NCBI GenBank assembly: GCA_043228905.1
Contig: JBHGNT010000022.1
Span: 9,672,001-9,736,000, forward strand
Source: Azolla caroliniana
Lineage: Eukaryota > Plantae > Polypodiophyta
Direction of reading: 5' to 3'
Length of the DNA: 64,000 nucleotides
This document shows positions 33,601 through 45,700 of this stretch, in pieces. Both the position numbers and the translations under genes were made by a program. Within the stretch, counting starts at the first letter, position 1. Each line of letters begins with the position of its first letter. The notes under the pieces were generated by a model. That model made no database searches. It worked only from the letters and a program-made list of their open reading frames with translations, and was not told the origin of the DNA.

Positions 33601-36133
33601 TCCGGACCCTCTCCATTATGGTCCGGTTTATCCTCTCGGCCAGTCCGTTTAGTTCTGGCGTCTTCGGCACGGTAAATTCGAGCCGGATTCCCTTCGAGCG
33701 GCAGTACTCCTCGAACTGCCCCCGGTACTCTCCTCCGTTATCTGCTCGAACCGCCTTCAGCTTCCGGCCGGTTTCTCTTTCCACTCTCGTGTGGAGCTCT
33801 TTGAAGACTGATAACACCTGATCCTTCGTCTTCAGCGGTGTGGCCCATAGCTTCCGGCTGTGGTCATCTATGAACGTCACGAAGTACTGCGCTCCGGCAT
33901 GTGACTTCGTGTCTACTTGACAAACATCCGTATGCACCAACTCCAGTGGTGCATTACGTCTCATCGGTGGCCTTGGTCGGAAGGAGGTCCGGTTCTGCTT
34001 ACCGGCCAGACAATCAGTGCACTTCTCTAAGTGCACGTTCTTCACTGGAATGAGGTTGTCGTCTGCAAGCCTCTTCATCCCCTTCTCACTCATGTGACAT
34101 AGCCTCTTGTGCCACAGCTCACCGGAAGTGTCGGAAGCCACGTTCACTTCTTCCGGACATAACCAGGCATTCATCAGGTACAATGTGTTTACCTTCCGGG
34201 CCCGAGCCACAATCAGGCTCCCTTTGTTGAACTTCATGACACCGTTCCGGATGCTACCCGTGTAGCCTTCATCATCCAGCCGACCGGCTGATATCAGGTT
34301 CAGACGAACTTCCGGAACGTGTCGGACATCCTTCAACAGCAACTTGCATCCGGTTGGTGTTGTCAGCCACACGTCTCCTATGCCGACAATTCGGCATGTT
34401 CCTTCATTCCCCATCCGGACACAGCCGTGATCACCGGCTGAGTAGGATGAGAAGCATTTTCGATCCGGGGTAAGGTGGAACGACGCTCTGGAGTCTACCA
34501 CCCAGGTCATCTCGTCGTCGGCATGGTTTATCTCACTCTCCTCGGTGATGAGCATCAACTCCTCTTCACTTGCCGCAATTGCCGTCGTTCCCTTCCGGTC
34601 CGGCCCCCTCTGGTCTTTACCGTTCCGGTCTGTACCGTTCCGGTTCGGGGTTTGCTTCGAATCGGTACCGTCGGTTTCCTTGTCTTTACGGAAATGCCGA
34701 CATTTCTTTTGGAAGTGTCCCGGCTTGCCGCAATAGAAGCAAGTAGGCCTCCCCCTTGACTTTGACCATGTCCCCGACTTCTCCCGGTTCTGGAGACTAC
34801 GGTTTCTATGTCTTCCGCGTTCCGATTCGGTAAGGAGCGCTTTGGAGTCGGAGCTCGTATCTTTGTCTTTCCGACGAGCCTCCTCATCTAGCAAGCTCGA
34901 CTTTACTCTTGCTAGGGATAACTGTTTTCCTTCCGGCCCGGCGTTGCTCAAAGTGACAACCAACGTCTCCCAGCTATCCGGGAGGGAACCGAGCAGGAGT
35001 AGCGCTAGGACCTCATCGGCAAGAGGTATTTCCAATGACGTTGCATGGTGGATCAGCCCCTGGAAGGCATTCATATGCTCCGCCATGCTGGAGCCATCTT
35101 GGTACCGGAGTCTTACTAGCTTCCGGAATACCGACACCTGATTGACAGCATTTTTGTTCTGGAACATTATGCCGATCTTCTCCCAGAGCTCATGAGCCTT
35201 GCTCTCTTCATTGAAGTTGTTGTACAGGCTCATGTCGATGAAGCACCGTATGTACGCCGTTGTCTTCATGTGCATCACCTCCCATATCGCGGCGTCGATT
35301 TTGTCCGGTCTCTTGTCCCCGAACTGAACCGGCAGCCAGAGGTCTTTAACCACGAGCATGTCCCTCATCTTCGACTTCCACACTGAATAGTTGGAGCCGG
35401 TGAGCTTGAACATGCCGCCAAACGATTCGTCCATTTTCTGTGTCGATTTCGCTCTGATACCAATTGTTGAGAATTCGACGTTCCTTATGTCCGACGCTCG
35501 GCCACAACCGAGATTCTTTTCATACACAGAAAAACAGGTAATGAAACGCGACACAAAGGGGAGAAATGGTACACAGGAGGTTTACGTGGAAAACCCCAAA
35601 ATAGGGGAAAAACCACGGCAGCCCACAGGCTGCAAAACTGTCACTATGTAGGAATATACAACAGTTTGTTCACTGAGGCAACGACCTCGTCCTCTCAGAT
35701 CTTCGCCACAGGCGGCGGTTACAACAGAGGCAACGACCTCGTCTCTCTCTCACTCTCTCTGTACAGTTACGCGCTCTCTCTTCTTCTTGCACCAACAAGG
35801 AAGAATAACAACAACAGAAAACAAACATAGCTAAAAGTTTGCCCTAAGTCATATTTATACTAATATGACTTTTCGGCTATTTACAAATGTAGCCTCGATG
35901 GGCTCCATCCGGCTCTCCGCAGTCGGGTACTCCTCATCCAGTTTATACCGGGCCTACAACCATCCGGCTCTCCGCAGTCGGGTACTCCCCATCCGGTTCA
36001 TACCGGGCCTACACCATCCGGCTCTCCGCATTCGGGTACTCCCCATCCGGTTCATACCGTTTCGGCCTCGGCCGAGTTTGTTCGTCGGCACTGTTCTTCT
36101 CCCTTCCCATCCGGAGGGACCTGTCTCCCAACA
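30695..36133 (-). mobile_element. Full-length Tnt1/Tork-like Ty1/copia element (Copia-1)
   Basis: LTRs 30695-31362 and 35465-36133 (about 98.5%). TSD AAGAC at 30690-30694 and 36134-36138. Met PBS tggtatcagagc at 35451-35462. PPT gaagggggagtt at 31363-31374. Confidence 0.97.
31373..35434 (-). CDS. Uninterrupted Copia gag-pol polyprotein (about 1353 aa from MDESFGG)
   Basis: Zn knuckle CFYCGKPGHFQKKC, protease WVVDSRAS, integrase WHKRLCH...DVC...DNGGE...NGLAER, RT YVDD, RNase H DSD...EAEY...DSQ. Confidence 0.95.
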   Translation of the reverse strand: MDESFGGMFKLTGSNYSVWKSKMRDMLVVKDLWLPVQFGDKRPDKIDAAIWEVMHMKTTAYIRCFIDMSLYNNFNEESKAHELWEKIGIMFQNKNAVNQVSVFRKLVRLRYQDGSSMAEHMNAFQGLIHHATSLEIPLADEVLALLLLGSLPDSWETLVVTLSNAGPEGKQLSLARVKSSLLDEEARRKDKDTSSDSKALLTESERGRHRNRSLQNREKSGTWSKSRGRPTCFYCGKPGHFQKKCRHFRKDKETDGTDSKQTPNRNGTDRNGKDQRGPDRKGTTAIAASEEELMLITEESEINHADDEMTWVVDSRASFHLTPDRKCFSSYSAGDHGCVRMGNEGTCRIVGIGDVWLTTPTGCKLLLKDVRHVPEVRLNLISAGRLDDEGYTGSIRNGVMKFNKGSLIVARARKVNTLYLMNAWLCPEEVNVASDTSGELWHKRLCHMSEKGMKRLADDNLIPVKNVHLEKCTDCLAGKQNRTSFRPRPPMRRNAPLELVHTDVCQVDTKSHAGAQYFVTFIDDHSRKLWATPLKTKDQVLSVFKELHTRVERETGRKLKAVRADNGGEYRGQFEEYCRSKGIRLEFTVPKTPELNGLAERINRTIMERVRSMLAHAKLPKKFWAEALSTATYVINRSPSVPLDGDTPQRVWTGKEVSYRHLRVFGCLTYVHVAKDRRGKLDPKTRPCIFLGYGDDEFGYRVWDPVDKKVFRSRDIIFMEDKTLADWESEKKVMNSELTGKDRLYNEQTQPARDRLALEEPAGYGEDTEPAEEEVEEAETGTGQDPESDSDEEQMEEPVTEARRRRYPLRERRAPRRFPDAEHVLLIDEGEPESFEEAKEDTHNGKWLSAMQDEMDSLHENHTYELVELPKGKRALRNKWVFKLKPGDVGNPPRYKARIVVKGFQQKKGVDFDEIFAPVVKMTSIRTVLSIAASMDLEVEQLDVKTTFLHGDLEEEIYMQQPEGFVEKGKEHLVCRLKKSLYGPKQAPRQWYRKFDSFMTDQGYHKTQADHCVFVKKFEGGDFLILLLYVDDMLIVGRDQGKIRMLKKALNRTFSMKDLGPARQMLGMHIIRDRSVKQLWLSQEKYVTKVLHRFNMSDAKPVGSTLPANCKLSGKQSPKTKGEKADMMKIPYASAVGSLMYAMVCTRPDIGYAVGVVSRFMSNPGKEHWNAVKWILRYLKGTSNMCLRFGSGKPQLDGFTDSDMSADVDTSQSTSGYVMTYAGGAVSWQSRLQKTVALSTTEAEYMATVEAGKEILWMKDFIGELGIRQEEYRLYCDSQSAIHLAKNAAYHSRTKHIQRRYHWIRERVDDQEFALTKIHTAENGSDMLTKVLTPDKLDACWKRIGLERHPMPE

Positions 36134-36855
36134 AAGACCACTGAAATGGGAGTCTATGCATAGCCGCGTGCAATGGAGACGCGAAATCGGCTAGGTGTCG
36201 TAACATCCGGCTATGCCATCTGATTTATCCCAGGAATCGGCTGAGGGCCTTTGCGGTAGAGGGCGTGGGAGCGTTCAGAATGTCTTGCACTTTATCCGGG
36301 TCCATGGCGATACCTTCCTGACAGACTATGTGCCCGAGCAGGTTGCCGCTTGTCACCAAGAACGCGCATTTTGCCGGATTTAAGCTCAACCGAACTTGTC
36401 GACATCGATCGAGACAGAGGCATAACCGGGTCATATGCTCCAACCGCTGGCCATACACGGCAAATTCATCGAGGAAAACTTGCATGAACTCCAGGATATA
36501 CTCGTTGAAAATCTCGGTGATGATGCGTTGGAATGTGGTCGGTGCCGTTTTTAATCTGAACATCATTACCTTGGCCACAAAGACACCCCAGTCCGTGACA
36601 AACGCCATTTTCTCCTGATCTTCCGGGTGCATTCTAATTTGATTATAGCCATTGAACCCATCTAGAAAATTGTAGCATTCATGACTAGTCACCATGTCGA
36701 GGACATTATCCATGAACGGGAGAGGAAACCCATCCGTGACTGTCGCGACATTGAGTTTGCGGTAATCAACGCAAACACGGATTTTCCCGTTTTTCTTGGG
36801 GACGACGACGATTGGGCTGAACCATGTGGCTCGTTTACTGGGCGTATAAAACCTA
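36134..36855 (-). pseudogene. Host Gypsy reverse transcriptase core
   Basis: WFSPIVVVPKKNGKIRVCVDYRKLN, LDGFNGYNQI, VFLDE (degenerate YxDD). Confidence 0.93.
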
Positions 36856-37101
36856 TGTAAACAATTACTTGCGGAAGCATTAGAAAATAGAGAAAGCAGA
36901 GAATACACAAAGTACACGGGAGAGACAAAGAGAGCAGAACACAAAAGCTATATTCAAAACAATATAAACACTCTGTACATACAACTATGCTCAGTAGCAC
37001 TACTTATACAAGTCCTCATGGGACTGACAAAAGTATCGCGTACTTCAATGCTCACACGAGCATTTGACACTTACTACGAGACTATAACTGCCTAGTAGTC
37101 T

Positions 37102-40100
37102 TGTTGAGAGACAAGCTCAACATCGGCTGGATCGGCTGAAGAAGCCGAGGACTGGATCGGTTGGGACCAATCGGCTAGGCCGAGTGCGTAAACCGGGAGG
37201 TCGTAAGGAAAGATATTCCGTAAGGAATATATTTGGGAGTTAGTGTAGGAGCTCTTGATGAGCATTGAAGTACTGTCAGTACTTCGGTCAGTCCTTCTAG
37301 GGCTTGTATAAAAGTGTTCACTGAGCACGTCTTATGTACAGACTGAGTATTATTGTTGAATATAGTTTTTTGTGTTTCTCTCTCTGTCTCTCCCGCGTAT
37401 ACCGTGTAAGCTCAAGCTCTCCATTAAACCTGAGTTTCCTCTCTTCTGTTCGGTCTTCATACTTGCTTCCGCACGCTACTTTCTACATGGTATCAGAGTG
37501 CGAGGGTTGAGAACCTCTCTGCAGCCGACACAGCTTGACGAAGAAGAATGAGAAGAACGATGGATAGAGGCATGGCGAGCTCGCTTCCAACAGAGAAGCT
37601 CGACAGAACCAACTACGCGTCTTGGTCCTACAAGATGCACCAGTACCTGCTCGGGCACGGCTACTGGAGTTATGTCGAAGGAGCTAATGACGCGGCACCC
37701 GAATCGACACACAAAGACTTCCCGTCGTGGGAGCAATCGGCGAGCAGGGTATTGTACTGCTTCGCGTCGTGTGTGGGCGAACAGCTATTGAGCTATGTTC
37801 GGGATGCAAAGACGCCGAAGGGTGCGTGGGAAAATCTAAATAAGATTTTCGCTGCGAGAACCACAGCTAGGAAGCTTCAGCTCTGACAGGAGTTGAGCAA
37901 CCTACGACAACGCGACTTGTCGGTGCCGGACTATACCTCGAAGATCAAGGATATCTGCGACTCCCTCGCCTCCATAAAGGTGAACATCGAGGAGAGCGAG
38001 ATGGTCCAAATCTATCTCAGAGGTTTGGCGTCGAAGTTCGGAGCGTTCTGAACGGCTGTGTGTACCCGGGAGAATACGCCGTCCTTTTTCGACTTACAGT
38101 CAATGCTCCTGGTAGAGGAGAACCACGCGGGTGCGTCTACAAGCACGCACACCGATAGCAGAATGTTGTACACGGAGGGAGATAGGCCTCGTGGACGTGG
38201 AGGACGAGGCGAGTCGACACGCAATGGAGGCGGCCGACGAGATCAAAGAAGGCACCGAAGTGATGCCGACAGCAACTCCGGATCCTCCGGAAACAGGGGG
38301 AGTCGAAGCGATGAGAACCGGCAAGGGAAGTCCATCGCGGAGTGCTGTTACTGTGGCAAGAAAGGCCACAAGGAAAGTGAGTGCTGGAAGAAGCGCGCTG
38401 ATTCGGAGAGAAATGGCTCCAGAAATACTGACAAGGGAAATCGACAGCGATCGCACTACGCCGAAGACTCCGGGAGAGCCGGAGAAGGGACTGCCTTCGT
38501 GTCGAGACACGAAGCAAACTCAATGAAACAGAGCACCCCGAGATCGGACGAGGTATGGTACGTAGACTCCGGCGCGTCAAACCACATGACGAGCCATAAG
38601 GAGTGGTTCTCGTACCTTGAAAAACTGATACAACCAGGAGTAGTCGCAACAGGAGACGACACTCTGCATCCGATCGCGAATGTCGGAGAAGTTCCCCTTA
38701 GCCATATCGGGCAGAAAGGGAAACTCATGAATGTGTTGCACGTTCCGACAATCACGAAGAACTTGGTCTCAGTCGGACAGATCGTCGACCAAGGGATGGA
38801 GGTTCGGTTTACACACCTCGGGTGCTTCATTGAGGAAGAAGGCCGTGTGATTGCGCAAAGGCGTAGAGACGGGAGGATGTTCATCCTCGACTCCACTGAC
38901 GGCGGCACCGCAATGTTCGCGAAGGGACAAAAGACCGAGTCGGACATCGACTTGTGGCACAAGCGGATAGGCCACGTCAACCACCAACGGCTTCAAGATC
39001 TGCAATCGAAACAAGTAGTGTTCGGATTGCCCAAATTTAGTGGCCGAAAGGCACAAATTTGTGAAGCCTGCCAGCTCGGGAAGCAACACCGACTTCCCTC
39101 TCCCAAGAGCGAAACCGGAGCCGGAACAAACTCGACCTTATACACTCCGATGTGTGGGGGCCGGCACAAAACGTTAGTCTTGGTGGGAGCCGATATTTCG
39201 TCTCCTTCATCGACGACCACACGCGGCACACGTGGATCTACCTCATTGAGAGGAAGAGCGAAGTCTTCGACTGTTTCCGGGACCTCAAAGGGTTCGTGGA
39301 AGCCGAAACGGGACGAAAGATCAAGTGCCTGCGGTCGGATGGCGGGAAAGAGTATTTTTCCGGTCAATTCAACGGTTATCTACAACAAATGGGAATTCGG
39401 CGCGAATTCAGTTGTAGATACACGCCGGAGCAGAACGGCGTGGCCGAGAGAAAGAATCGGTCAGTTGTGGAAGCGGCACGGGCAATGCTGGAGGAGAAGA
39501 GCTTGCCCAAGTTCTACTGGGCTGAGGCGGTAAGGACCATGGTATACATCCAGAACCGGATCGGAGACAAAGTGTCGGCGCACGAGCTATATTTCGGAAC
39601 GAAGCCGAACTTGCGACACTTGAGGGTGTTCGGTAGCATTGCGTATGTGCATATACCGAAGGAGAAAAGGAGGAAGCTGGACGCAAAGGCCGAGAAATGC
39701 ATCTTGGTTGGTTACTCGGACGAGCAAAAGGGTTATAAGTGCTATAACCCTTGCACCAAACAAGCGCGTGTCAACCGCGACGTTGTGTTTGACGAGTCCG
39801 CGTCCTGGTACCTGCCCCCGACTACGAACCTCGACTCCAATCCGAGCTCTAACGATGAGGTCAGCGAGGCCGAGATGCCTCCGGATGAGCCCGAAATCGA
39901 GACCCGCGAAGAGAGTCCGATTTCACTCCGTTTAAGTGGACCGATTGGACGACTGAGTCGGTACGACCAGTCCGATGAAGAGCCGGAGAGTAGTGGAGAC
40001 TCGGCCGTGCATTGCCCGCGCAGGAAGCCGAGGAGACGGCTTACGCGCAAAGAGAAAGGGAAGAAAAAGGTATCGGATTCCGGCACGAAAAGGAACGAGT

Positions 40101-42743
40101 CATACCGACGCGAGTCCGACTCCGAGGGAACCGGTGACAGGTCTTTAAAGATGAAGACCACGTCGACCAAGAAGGCCTCGACATTGGCTAATGTGAGATT
40201 ACGCTGATCTACCCGCCAAAAGAACCCAGTTGTGTGGTTCGGTTACAACGAGTACATGGCGCATCATTATGCGTACATGACCCGTGTAGCAGAAGTGCGT
40301 GAGCCGGAGAGCTACGCAGAAGCGGCTAAAGACGCGAATTGGCGTGCCGCGATGGAGGAAGAGATGCACGCATTGGCGGAGAACGAGACCTGGGACCTGG
40401 TTGACACACCGAAGGGTGTGAAGCCGATCGGGTGTAGATGGGTGTACAAAGTCAAGTACAACATCGATGGCTCGGTCAACCGGTACAAGGCTCGACTAGT
40501 GGCAAAGGGTTACGCGCAGAAACACGGCATCGACTACGATGAGACGTTTGCGCCGGTCGCGAAAATGACGATCGTCCGTGTTTTGCTCACAGTAGCCGCG
40601 GCCAAGGGGTGGCACCTACATCAGATGGATGTAAAGAATGCGTTCCTGCAAGGTGACCTTGAGGAACAGGTGTACATGGTACAGCCCCCCGGATTTCACT
40701 CTGGAACGAACTCCTCGGCAATATGCCGACTGAAGAAGTCCCTTTACGGACTGAAGCAAGCCCCGCGTGCCTGGAACGTGAAGATCACGCAGCAACTGCG
40801 TCGGTTGGGTTTCGTCACGTCAAAATCGAACTCTTCCCTGTTCATCCGGAAAGGTCGACTCGGACCGGTTAGTATTTTACTGTATGTTGATGACTTGGTC
40901 ATCACCGGCGCCGACCTAGGTGACATCGACCGCGTGAAGCTCCAGCTTGCGGCATCGTTCGACATGAAGAATCTGGGGGACCTTCATTACTTCCTCGGGA
41001 TCGAAGTGATCCGTACCCCCGAAGGCATATTGATCAGCCAACGTCATTACGTGCTAAGTATGCTCTTCAAACTCGGGATGGCCGACTGTAAGTCCATCTT
41101 GACTCCTCTGGACAGAACCGTCAAGCTTCGTCCCGATACGGGAAAGGTATGCGACCCGACGAGGTTCCGACAAATTGTCGGTAGCCTCATATACTTGACC
41201 ATCAGCCGACCCGACCTCAGTTATCCGGTCGGAGTGATCAGTCAGTTCATGGTGCGACCTACCGAGGAGCACCTTCAGTGTGCGCAACGCGTACTTCGGT
41301 ACGTAAGCGGCACTAAGGACCGCGGACTGCTATATCGGACCGGTGCAGCCGCGCAGTTAGTCGGCTACACCGATGCTGATTGGGCTGGCAACGCCGCCAA
41401 TCGCCGATCCACGTATGGATACGTGTTCTCCCTCGGGAGTGCCGCGATCGCATGGAGCAATAAGAAGCAGCCGACAATTGCACTGTCGAGCACCGAAGCC
41501 GAGTACCGAGGAGCGGTTGTCGCGACATGCGAAGCCATATGGTTGAAGCGGCTTCTTAAGGACCTGCAAAAGGAGGTGTCAAATCCGACGACGATCTACT
41601 GCGACAACCTCAGCAGCATCGATCTCGCGAAAAACCGTGTTTTCCACGCACGGACCAAGCACATTGAGGTGCACTACCATTTCGTCCGTGAGCGTGTCCT
41701 TTCCGGTGAAGTCGAACTTCAGTACGTTCCGACGGATCCGCAGACTATCGACATCTTCACCAAGCTTCTTGGTCTAGACAAGTTGCGGCAATTCTCAGGT
41801 GCGCTCGGGTTGCGTCACCTTGACGTGCCGAACTTGAGGGGGAGAACAGTCCCGAACAACCAAGCAAGGCAGCAAGAAAGGAGCGGACACCGCGACACCG
41901 AGTCGGTTGACAAGTTTGACATCGGATCGGCTGAAGAAGCCGAGGGCGGACCCGCAGAAAAATCCGGAAGCGGACAGAAGGGGAGCAACCGAAGGAGAGA
42001 GCCGAAGCCAATCACGCATGGGGAAGATGACGCCATCGAAGGCGAGAAGACCGAAGACGAGTTGGAGACAGCCAACTCGGACGAGAGCGAAAACCGATCG
42101 GAGGTAGCCGAGTCGGTTCGGATGTTTGATTCAGACACGCTGAATCAACCGAGGCCCAAGCGGAAGAAAAGGCAGCAGAAGAAGCGTCAACACCGCAACA
42201 ACAGAAGAGTTGATAAGGGCCACATGAGCAGACAAGCTGACCGGAAGGGTCGAAGCGCGTGGAGTCAAACAGGTCGAGGAGCGCGAGCGAGGCGAGAAGC
42301 CAGGAGGAACCGGTGCCCGAGGATCCCGAAGAGCCTCAAGTTGAGCTTGAGGGGGAGTGTTGAGAGACAAGCTCAACATCGGCTGGATCGGCTGAAGAAG
42401 CCGAGGACTGGATCGGTTGGGACCAATCGGCTAGGCCAAGTGCGTAAACCGGGAGGTCATTAGGAAAGATATTCCGTAAGGAATATATTTGGGAGTTAGT
42501 GTAGGAGCTCTTGATGAGCATTGAAGTACTGTCAGTACTTCGGTCAGTCCTTCTAGGGCTTGTATAAAAGTGTTCACTGAGCACGTCTTATGTACAGACT
42601 GAGTATTATTGTTGAATATAGTTTTTTGTGTTTCTCTCTCTGTCTCTCCCGCGTATACCGTGTAAGCTCAAGCTCTCCATTAAACCTGAGCTTCCTCTCT
42701 TCTATTCGGTCTTCATACTTGCTTCCGCACATTACTTTCTACA
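37102..42743 (+). mobile_element. Ty1/copia element (Copia-3), same family as Copia-2, inserted in its 3' LTR
   Basis: 386-bp LTRs 37102-37487 and 42358-42743 (about 98%). TSD AGTCT at 37097-37101 and 42744-42748. PBS tggtatcagagt at 37488; PPT 42349-42357. Confidence 0.97.
37560..42463 (+). pseudogene. Copia-3 gag-pol with three TGA stops and one frameshift
   Basis: EKLDRTNYASW gag, CYCGKKGHKESEC, WYVDSGAS, LWHKRIGH, YVDD, RNase H. TGA at 37884, 38049 and 40205; frameshift near 39100. Confidence 0.93.
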
Positions 42744-45700
42744 AGTCTAAACTAATACTAGGCTTCCAGTTACCGATTGGATCCGGCTAACCGGCTCCCC
42801 AGCTCTGTTGCTTGCCGGCTCGGTTGCTCACCAGCTTACCGATCCGTCTTGCTCACCGGCTCAGGCTTATCCAGCCGATCCGGCTCCAGTTGAGATTCCC
42901 GTTCAACACTCCCCCTCAAGCTCAACTTGAGGTTGGATCGTAGTGTCAGCCTCTGTGGCAGTCAGTTCTTCCAACCGACTTCTCCTGGTGTCGCTCCGCC
43001 TTGCTCGCGCTCCTCATCCGATCTGGTTCCGTTTGCCGCAACCCTTCTGGTTCTGCACACCTTGACCTTCTCGGTCGGCATGTCTTCTCAATAGGCCCCT
43101 CTCAGCTCCTTTGCTACTATGACTCCGGTGCTTGCCGATCCGTCGGTTCCTCCGTGATGGCATCGACTTCCGCTGCGTCTGTGTCTGCTTGGCCTCTAGT
43201 TGATTCGGTTCATCCGGATCCGTCTGTTGATCCGAATCAGTTGTCTCTGATTCGTTCCAGCTCTTTTCCGAATCGATCACTCCCAACTCGTTCCATCTCT
43301 TGTACGATTCGGTATCCTCCTTGTCTCCCCCTCTTCCGGTTCTTCCCTTACCGGTGTCGGCAACAATTTCGTTGCCTTTGCCCGTTCCGCGGTGTCTTTG
43401 CCCCTTCTCCCTCCCCTCAAGTGCGGCACGTCGAGATGCTGAACACCAAGCATTTCGGTGAAGTGCTGCAACTTGTCCGATCCGAGAGGCTTGGTGAAGA
43501 TGTCGGCAACTTGCCGATCCGTGTGAACATACCGTAGTTCAACTTCACCACTCAGGACCCGCTCACGCACAAAGTGATAATGCACTTCTATGTGCTTCGT
43601 GCGAGCATGGAACACAAGGTTCTTGGCGAGCTACGTGTTGCTGATGTTATCACAATAAATTGGGATCGGGGTCGGTACCTCGATCCGCAAGTCTCGCAGC
43701 AATCGCCGAAGCCAAATGGCTTTGCAGGTGGCAACGATCGCGCCCCGGTACTCAGCCTTAATGCTTGACAGAGCCACTGTTGGCTGCTTTTTGCTGCTCC
43801 ACACAAAAGTTGCGCTCCCAAGGGAAAACATAAAACCGGAAGTGGATCTGCGATCCGACGCATCACCTGCCTAGTCAACATCTGTGTAACCGACGAGCTC
43901 TTCAGTTATACCTCGCCGGTATAACAGTCCCCGGTCCTTCATGTCGTTGACATATCGCAATATTTGTTGCACGCACTGAAGGTGCTCCACGGTCGGCTTC
44001 TGTATGAACTAACTTATCATTCCAACCGGATAGCTAATGTCGGGTCGCATGATAGTCAAGTAAATAAGGCTTCCGACAATTTGTCTAAACCATTTCTTGT
44101 TGCAGGCCGGTCCGGAATTGGGACGAAGCTTCTGGTTCTGGTCCAAGGGTGTGGAGACAGGTTGGCATTCTGTCATGCCGAACTTGGACAACATATTCAA
44201 GACGTAATGTCGTTGTGAGAGCAATATGCCGTCGGGGGTTCGGATCACCTCGATCCCAAGAAAATAATGAAGGTCCCCCAAGTCCTTCATCTCAAATGCG
44301 TCCGACAACTGGGACTTGACGCGATTGACTTCTAGAAGACCTAGTCCGGTGATGACTAAATCGTCAACATACATCAGGATACATACCGGACCGGCTGGGC
44401 CTTGCCAGATGAACAACGAAGAGTCGGACTTGGAGGCCGCAAACCCCATCTTACGCAACCGGTGCGTGATCTTCACATTCCAAGCTCGAGGGGCTTGCTT
44501 CAAACCGTACAACGACTTCTTCAGCCGACATATTGTCGACTTGTTCATCTCCAATTGAAAACCGGGAGTCTGAGTCATAAAGACTTCTTCTTCAAGATCA
44601 CCCTGAAGAAACGCATTCTTCACATCCATCTGGTGAAGATGCCACCCCCTTGCTACAGCAACCGCCAACACCACACGAATTGTCGTCATCTTCGCTACCG
44701 GAGCGAAGGTTTCGTCGTAGTCTATTCCATGGGTTTGCGCGTATCCCTTCACCACTAACTGGGCCTTGTACCGATTAACTAAATCGTCCACGTTGTACTT
44801 TACCTTGTACACCCACTTGCGTCCAATCGGTTTACAGTGACGGGGAGGGTCAACTAGGTCCCATGTCTCGTTGACATCAAGTGCCCGCATTTCTTCCTCC
44901 ATAGCAGCACGCCAATTTGCATCCTTTGCCGCTTCTGCGTAACTCTCCGGCTCACTCACTTCCGCCACTTTAGTCATGTACGCATAGTGATGCGCCATGT
45001 ACTCATTGTACCCGTACCGCGTGACGGGATCCTTTTGGCGGGTGGACCGACGTAACTCATCATTACCCGGTTTAAGGCCTTTCTTGGCCGGTTCGGTCTT
45101 CGTTGCCGAAGATCCACCTTTCTCCTTGCCGGAGTCGGATTCACATCGATCCGACTCATCGTTGCCGGTTTCGAATTCCGGCATCTTTTTCTTCCCTTTC
45201 TCTTTGCGCGTGAACCATCTCCTCGGTTCCTTGCGCGGGGAGAGCACGGCAGAGTCTCCACTACTTGTCGGTTCCTCATCGGACTGGTCAGATTGACTCA
45301 ATCTCTCGTTCAGCCCGCTCAACCGAAACGATTCCGGACTCTCATCCTGAGTCCACGCTTCATCATCATCTACCTGGGCCGATTCAGGCTCACTAGCCTC
45401 ATCCTCCGGCATCGGGTTGGATTCGGAAGTTAGAGCCAGTATGGAGTACCACGATGCCGATTCATCGAACTTGACATCTCGACTAACTCGGACCTGCTTT
45501 GTCTGAGGGTTGTAACACTTATAACCCTTTTTCTCTTGAGCATAGCCGACTAGGATGCATTTTTCTGATTTTGCATCCAGCTTCCTCCGCTTCTCATCCG
45601 GTACATGCACATATGCAAAGCTACCGAAGATCTTAAGGTGTCTCAAATTCGGCTTGCGCCCGAAATACAGCTCGTGAGCTGACACCTTGTCACCGATTCA

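Noticed and set aside
35435-35554. N-terminal 40 aa of the 1393-aa ORF
   Set aside because: Lies in the LTR and PBS; the real start is more plausibly the ATG at 35434
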